Source of the DNA: an uncultured Nitrospiraceae bacterium
GTDB lineage: Bacteria > Nitrospirota > Nitrospiria > Nitrospirales > Nitrospiraceae
Reading direction: 5' to 3'
Assembly (NCBI GenBank): GCA_963730935.1
Contig: CAVSTP010000002.1
Coordinates: 96,001 to 160,000 of the forward strand
DNA: 64,000 nucleotides
A program made the translations under genes and the position numbers. The notes below the pieces were generated by a model, which worked only from the letters and a program-made list of their open reading frames with translations, was not told where the DNA came from and searched no databases. This document shows, one piece after another, positions 58,655-64,000 of this stretch. Numbering within the stretch: position 1 is the first letter of the stretch; each line of letters opens with the position of its first letter.

Positions 58655-59838
58655 ATCCGGTAAGACAGCATCCCATCGTCACGCTCGGCGTCATCATCTT
58701 TTTTGCCGTCACCGCGCTGGTGGTCTTTCGGCTCAGCAGCGGAGCAAAGGTCGATCAGAAAAAATCACGAGTCATCACCGTGGGCACCGTTATGCCGTTC
58801 AAGCGGGACCTGGACATCCGGCTGGCCTATACGGCGGATATCACGCCCAATCAGGTGGTCAACATCTTCTCCCGAGTAGATGGCTACATTGCCAAACTGT
58901 ACGTCGATAAGGGCGATCTCGTGAAGGCCAACCAATTGCTCCTCGAAATCGACCATCAGGACTATCTCCATGCACTGAATCAGGCAAAAGCCAACGTCGC
59001 GGCGGCAAAAGCCAAGGTCACCCAGCAGGAGGCGTCCGTTCGCAATGCCAAGCTGACGCTCGACCGTATGCAGGCCCTCATCAAAGACCAGTTCGTCTCC
59101 CAACAGGACTTGGACAACGCTGAAGTGAATCTAGACGCGGCGGTGGCCGCTCTCGAGTCGCTCCGAGCGCAAGTCAAGCAGATGGAAGTCGCGCTCGCTC
59201 AGGCCGAGACCAACCTCGCCTACTCCTACATCCGTGCGCCGTTCGCCGGATACGTGGCGGAGCGGAACCTGGACTTAGGCGCCTACGTGACGGGAGCGGC
59301 AACCGCCAATTCCACGACCTCTCGAGGCATTGTCAGCTTGCACGATGTCGAAACGGTTCGCACGTTGATTGAAGTCGTGGAAAAAGATGTGCCACTGGTG
59401 CAGATCGGGCAAAAAGCGGAGGTCCGCGCGGAAGCCTATCCGGACCGGGTGTTCGAGGGCACGGTGACGCGCGTGGTCCAGGCCTTGAACCGCGCCACCC
59501 GCACCATGACGGTCGAAGTGGACCTTCCCAATAAGGACCGCCTGCTCAAGGGGGGGATGTTCGCCCGTGTCGAAGTCCTGGTGGGGAAACATCACAACGC
59601 GCTACAAATTCCGATTGATGCCGTCAGCCGGTTGGAGGACGCCCAATACGTGTACATCGTCCGCGATGGAAAGGCCGAACGCATCGCGGTGGAAATTGGG
59701 GTGCGTGACGAGAATCGCGTGGAGATTACGAAAGGACTCGTCGGCTCCGAACAGGTCATCGTGTCCGGGAAGGACCTCGTTCACGACGGGACGCCGGTGC
59801 AAACCGAGCCGCTCAATCCAGTGAAGACTGAGGGATGA
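58651..59838 (+). CDS. RND efflux periplasmic adaptor (membrane fusion protein)
   Basis: N-terminal TM helix, lipoyl halves (G.I.KL.V..GD.V; IRAPF.G.V), coiled hairpin, TRT..VEV..PN. Confidence 0.93.
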   Translation: MNPVRQHPIVTLGVIIFFAVTALVVFRLSSGAKVDQKKSRVITVGTVMPFKRDLDIRLAYTADITPNQVVNIFSRVDGYIAKLYVDKGDLVKANQLLLEIDHQDYLHALNQAKANVAAAKAKVTQQEASVRNAKLTLDRMQALIKDQFVSQQDLDNAEVNLDAAVAALESLRAQVKQMEVALAQAETNLAYSYIRAPFAGYVAERNLDLGAYVTGAATANSTTSRGIVSLHDVETVRTLIEVVEKDVPLVQIGQKAEVRAEAYPDRVFEGTVTRVVQALNRATRTMTVEVDLPNKDRLLKGGMFARVEVLVGKHHNALQIPIDAVSRLEDAQYVYIVRDGKAERIAVEIGVRDENRVEITKGLVGSEQVIVSGKDLVHDGTPVQTEPLNPVKTEG

Positions 59839-59860
59839 TGTGGCCATGAGCCGTTGACGT

Positions 59861-62800
59861 ATGTGGCTAACCCTCCTCGCGCTACGGAACCGAATCGGCA
59901 TTCTGATGTTGTCGCTGGCCATGATTGTGCTCGGCGCGACATCCCTGAATCGTTTGCCCGTCGACCTGTTTCCCAATATCCAGGTACCCGTGGCCTTCGT
60001 GGGCGTCATCTACAAAGGCGCTCCTCCTCTCGATATCGAGCAAAGTGTCGTTTACCCCATTGAAAAAGCCGTCAGCTCGGCGTCAAACGTCGAACACGTC
60101 GAGTCGTTCGCAAAACAGGGCATCGGAGCGGTCCAGATCTGGTTCAACTGGGGTGCCGACATCAACGTCGGACAGATGGAGGTGATGCAGCGCATCACCC
60201 AGATCCTCAACAGTCTGCCGCCCGGCATCCTCCAACCCTTCATCGTCAAGTTCGACGTCTCGAATATTCCGGTCTCGTTCGTGACGGTCTCCAGCGACGA
60301 TCTCGATGAACGGGCACTCTACGACCTTGCCTTCAATACCATCGCACCGCAGATCGAACAGATTGCCAATGTCGCGGCGGCGACGGTTGAAGGGGGTAAA
60401 ATCCGCCAAATCAACATTAATTTGGACCCGGCGCTGCTCAACGCACGGGGCTTATCGATCCTGGACGTCGTGAAGGCGGTCAAAGCGGCGAACCTGATTC
60501 TGCCGTCCGGCGACATTAAGGCCGGAAACCTCGATTACAACGTATTTACGAACAACCAGTTCCGCACGGTCGAGCCGATTCAGGACGTCATCGTGAAGGT
60601 GAACCAGCAGGGCAACCCCGTTCGCGTGCGCGATTTGGGCACCGTGAGCGATTCCTCGGATATCCAAACGAACGTGGTGAGGACCGACGGGAAGCGCGCG
60701 GTCTATCTTCGCGTCAACAAGCAGCCGATCGCCAATACCGTCGAGGTCGTCGATGCCTTGCGCGCCGCATTGCCGAAGATGATCGGCATCCCCCCGGGCG
60801 TCCAACTCGGCATCTCGTTCGACCAGTCGGTGTACATCCGGCAATCCATCAACAATCTCGTTGAGCAGGCGTTGCATGGCTCGCTCCTGGCTGCCGCCGT
60901 GATTTTGGTTTTTCTCCGCAACCTGACGAGCACGGTGATCATTTCCGTCGCCATTCCCCTTTCGATCATGGTCACGTTCATCGTGCTGTACTTCACCGGT
61001 CAGACGCTGAACGTCTTCACTCTGGGAGGCTTGGCGCTCGGTATCGGCCGCCTAGTCGACGATTCGATCGTTGAACTGGAAAACATCCAGCGGCATCTCA
61101 ATACAAATCCGCGGCGCTGGGACGCAATTCTGGACGCCGCCCGCGAAGTGGCCATGCCGATTTTTGCGTCGACGGTTACAACCGTCGTGGTGTTCCTGCC
61201 GATCTTTTTTGTCGTCGGCATCGCCCGCCTCTTGCTGATTCCCCTGACCCTGACCATTGCCATCGCCCTGTTCACATCCTTCTTCGTGTCACGGACGGTC
61301 ACGCCGGCGCTTTGCTTCAAGTTTCTGAAACCCGAGCATGAAGCCCACCGCTCGATGCCTCGGTGGTTCGTCCGTGTGATGGAGTGGAGCCGGACGCGGT
61401 ACGAATCCCTGGACCGTGGATTCGAGGATTCCCTTCGCTGGGTGCTCGGCCATCGCAGGCGGTTTATCATCGGAATTCTCGTGATCTTCGCCGCCTCCAT
61501 CGCCTTGATCCCAAAGATCGGAACGGAGTTTCTCCCGGTCTCCGACGAGAGCCAGTTCCGCATCGTGCTCCGTGCGCCGGTCGGGCAGCGGGTCGAGAAG
61601 ACCGAACAGCAGGTCGCCGAAGTCGAACGAATGCTGCGCGCAAACATTCCGGCCGGCGAGTTGGAAACCATCGTGTCCAGCACCGGCGTGCTGGCACAAG
61701 GCCGCTCGTCGCTCTTCAATCCGAACACGGGACCGCACACCTCGATCATCTCGGTGTATCTGACTTCGCCCGATAAGCGCTCCCGGAACCAAGTGCAGAT
61801 CATGAACGAGGTGCGGCCGAACATCGTCAAGCTCTTTCCCGGCGTCGCGATGTTTTTCGACCCCGGGGGTCTGGTCAAACGCGTGACGAGTTTCGGCTCA
61901 CAGAAGTCTGTGGACGTGGAGATTTACGGTTACGACTTCGAAAAGGCTCGTGACGTCATTCGAGAGGTGGAAGGTCTGATGCACCGGATCGATGGTCTCG
62001 CCGACATCGAAGTCAGCCGCGAGGAAAACTATCCCGAAATCAATGTTGTCGTCGATCGCGAAAAAGCCGCGCTGTTGGGCATCAGCGAAACCGACATCGC
62101 AAATGCGGTCTTATTCTCCCTGAATGGCAACGGCCAGACCGATCCGATTATCTATACCGATCCGCAGAACGGCAATGAGTACTACATCAGCGCCTGGCTG
62201 GCCGAGGAGCACCGGAAGGACCTGACCGACCTCGAGAACATCATTCTCACCGCCAGAAACGGAGAACCGGTTCTCCTCAAGAATGTTGCTTCGCTGAAAT
62301 TGAATGCAGGTCCGGTAAAAATCGACCGGAAATATTTTCAACGGGTGATCCACATCACCGCGAATCCGTTGAACCGGGATCTCGGCGCCATCGCGGAGGA
62401 TCTTGAGGCCGGTTTTGCCCAGCTACAACTGCCGACGGGCTTCAGCATCCGGCTGGCCGGTCAAATCCAACAGCAACGGGAAACGTTTTCAGGGCTGCTG
62501 TTCGCCACAATCCTCGCGCTGGTCCTGGTCTATATGGTGATGGCCGCCCAGTTCAAATCGCTGGTGGACCCCTTCATTATCATGTTCTCGGTTCCCATGG
62601 GCTTTCCGGGAGTAATCTTGGCGCTATTTCTCACCAACACGACCCTGTCGACCACCTCCATGATGGGCATCATCATGATGCTCGGCATCGTGGTGAGCAA
62701 TGGCGTGCTGCTGGTCGACTACACGAACGTCTTGCGGGGAAAGGGGTTGGCGCTCCATGACGCCGTCGTCCAGGCGGCTCGGATCCGGCTGCGCCCGATT

Positions 62801-63055
62801 CTGATGACGTCGCTGGCGACGGTGTTTGGATTACTGCCGATGGCGATTGGCTGGGGCACCGGTGGAGAAACCAATGCGCCGCTGGCCCGGGCGGTCGTAG
62901 GTGGGCTCAGCGCCTCCACGCTGCTGACCCTGTTTCTTGTGCCAACAATGTATCTGATTCTTGAAGAACGCTTTCCGCGGCGGGCGCCCGCGCAAGGGTC
63001 GACCGTATTTCAGGAGCTTCCCGCCGAAACGCCGCTCGTGCCGGCAAATCGCTAG
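59861..63055 (+). CDS. RND efflux transporter permease (AcrB/AcrD/AcrF family)
   Basis: LPVDLFP, VDDSIV..ENI, RLRPILMT, PLARAVVGGL. Confidence 0.95.
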   Translation: MWLTLLALRNRIGILMLSLAMIVLGATSLNRLPVDLFPNIQVPVAFVGVIYKGAPPLDIEQSVVYPIEKAVSSASNVEHVESFAKQGIGAVQIWFNWGADINVGQMEVMQRITQILNSLPPGILQPFIVKFDVSNIPVSFVTVSSDDLDERALYDLAFNTIAPQIEQIANVAAATVEGGKIRQININLDPALLNARGLSILDVVKAVKAANLILPSGDIKAGNLDYNVFTNNQFRTVEPIQDVIVKVNQQGNPVRVRDLGTVSDSSDIQTNVVRTDGKRAVYLRVNKQPIANTVEVVDALRAALPKMIGIPPGVQLGISFDQSVYIRQSINNLVEQALHGSLLAAAVILVFLRNLTSTVIISVAIPLSIMVTFIVLYFTGQTLNVFTLGGLALGIGRLVDDSIVELENIQRHLNTNPRRWDAILDAAREVAMPIFASTVTTVVVFLPIFFVVGIARLLLIPLTLTIAIALFTSFFVSRTVTPALCFKFLKPEHEAHRSMPRWFVRVMEWSRTRYESLDRGFEDSLRWVLGHRRRFIIGILVIFAASIALIPKIGTEFLPVSDESQFRIVLRAPVGQRVEKTEQQVAEVERMLRANIPAGELETIVSSTGVLAQGRSSLFNPNTGPHTSIISVYLTSPDKRSRNQVQIMNEVRPNIVKLFPGVAMFFDPGGLVKRVTSFGSQKSVDVEIYGYDFEKARDVIREVEGLMHRIDGLADIEVSREENYPEINVVVDREKAALLGISETDIANAVLFSLNGNGQTDPIIYTDPQNGNEYYISAWLAEEHRKDLTDLENIILTARNGEPVLLKNVASLKLNAGPVKIDRKYFQRVIHITANPLNRDLGAIAEDLEAGFAQLQLPTGFSIRLAGQIQQQRETFSGLLFATILALVLVYMVMAAQFKSLVDPFIIMFSVPMGFPGVILALFLTNTTLSTTSMMGIIMMLGIVVSNGVLLVDYTNVLRGKGLALHDAVVQAARIRLRPILMTSLATVFGLLPMAIGWGTGGETNAPLARAVVGGLSASTLLTLFLVPTMYLILEERFPRRAPAQGSTVFQELPAETPLVPANR

Positions 63056-63090
63056 GGCGGGACACGCGCAAGCGAAGGCCGCCGCCAGAG

Positions 63091-63426
63091 CTAACCGCTG
63101 ATGCTTGGAAACAGCGCTCGCAATTGCATGGCTAATCCCATGTCGCCACTGATCCTGATTCGTCCGGACATGGCTGCAGCGGGTCCGCTGAGCTCACCAT
63201 TTAGCACCCTCACGCAGTCTTCGCCGGCCATCGACAAGATCACGTGCGGATCCTCGTGCCGGCCTTCCTTCACCTGGCAGACCCCTTCGCGGATCGTCAC
63301 GACATACTGCCCGCCTTGTACTCCGCTCAAATCGAACTGATACACCGCATCCAAATCCTCCGCAGCTTCCGCATCGAGCTTGGAAGGCAAGTGTCTGAAA
63401 AATTCCTTGATGCCGGCAACGTTCAT
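63091..63426 (-). CDS. SCP2 sterol/lipid-binding domain protein
   Basis: YQFDLSG..GG; G.L....A.MSGRIRISGDMGLAM.L. Confidence 0.88.
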   Translation of the reverse strand: MNVAGIKEFFRHLPSKLDAEAAEDLDAVYQFDLSGVQGGQYVVTIREGVCQVKEGRHEDPHVILSMAGEDCVRVLNGELSGPAAAMSGRIRISGDMGLAMQLRALFPSISG

Positions 63427-63455
63427 GGTTGGGAAGCCAGAGGATGGTTGGGCAC

Positions 63456-63479
63456 GGGAGCGGAGGATCCGCCGCTCCC
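63456..63479. repeat. GC-rich inverted repeat (GGGAGCGG...CCGCTCCC) between the speD-like and SCP2 genes
   Basis: 8-bp perfect stem with an 8-nt inner region; no U-tract toward SCP2. Confidence 0.5.
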
Positions 63480-63495
63480 ATTGCCGTTTGTTTAG

Positions 63496-63939
63496 CTAAT
63501 AGCGAAGCGTGACGGTTGCGGTCGACCGCCGCGCACCGAAGAACTGCTTCGAAAATTCTTCCACAACCGCCGGGTCGTAGCCCTTGCAGCTGAAAATATC
63601 GAGATAGGCATTGTTGGTGTCGTTTGCAAAGTGGCCGCTGATCAGCGAGGTTGAGATCAATTGGACCATCGAATACCCTGCGACCCGCCCTGAGCCGAAG
63701 TCCACGACCTGACATTCGCCGAATCGCTGCATGTCGATGAGCTCGCAGAGCTCGACGACGTAGCGGCGGATATGGTCGGCATTGCGGATCAAGTCGGGAT
63801 GGCAGTCTTGCAGGTCAACGGCAGTGCACAATCCCCAGGCCTTCCCTTCTCCTACCATCTCCCGTACAGGGGTGGTTGAGGAAGCCGCTGGGGCACTCGA
63901 TGGCAAAATCGTCTCTTCGGAACCAACCGGGACGCTCAT
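63496..63939 (-). CDS. speD: S-adenosylmethionine decarboxylase proenzyme family protein
   Basis: WG....DL..C; GYSMVQLISTSLISGHF; YLDIFSCK. Confidence 0.8.
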   Translation of the reverse strand: MSVPVGSEETILPSSAPAASSTTPVREMVGEGKAWGLCTAVDLQDCHPDLIRNADHIRRYVVELCELIDMQRFGECQVVDFGSGRVAGYSMVQLISTSLISGHFANDTNNAYLDIFSCKGYDPAVVEEFSKQFFGARRSTATVTLRY

Positions 63940-64000
63940 AGGGCAGTCCGCCTTTCTGTGTGTGGGTGAGAAACACGGAGAAATTTTTTTCACTATACCA

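Overview
GC-rich bacterial chromosomal window. Gene content and style suggest Nitrospira/Nitrospirota, which is an inference and was not verified by a search. The left 43 kb is mostly minus-strand housekeeping DNA: the ribosomal block rpsF-ssb-rpsR-yceD-rpmF, then ispE-prs-rplY-pth-ychF, pilC-pilS-pilR, a dcw cluster (rsmH through ftsZ, pgeF, yggS, proC, yggT, divIVA; mraZ absent) and asnS. A divergent imuB-dnaE2 mutagenesis cassette sits between rpsF and ychF and is followed by a frameshifted UdgX remnant that the ORF track misses. The right part (46-58 kb) holds the most interesting system, a complete predicted 2-aminoethylphosphonate (phosphonolipid) biosynthesis locus. It encodes a PEP-mutase-like/nucleotidyltransferase fusion, a split phosphonopyruvate decarboxylase, an AEP transaminase, a cytidylyltransferase, a CDP-alcohol phosphotransferase and a flippase-like protein. 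The mutase has a non-canonical catalytic loop (EDNVYPKRCS instead of EDK-x5-NS). The locus encloses two paralogous secreted proteins of unknown function and is bracketed by five single-domain PilZ genes. The window ends with a TetR-RND efflux operon, an SCP2 protein and an AdoMet decarboxylase-like gene. No rRNA, intact tRNA, CRISPR array or transposase was seen.
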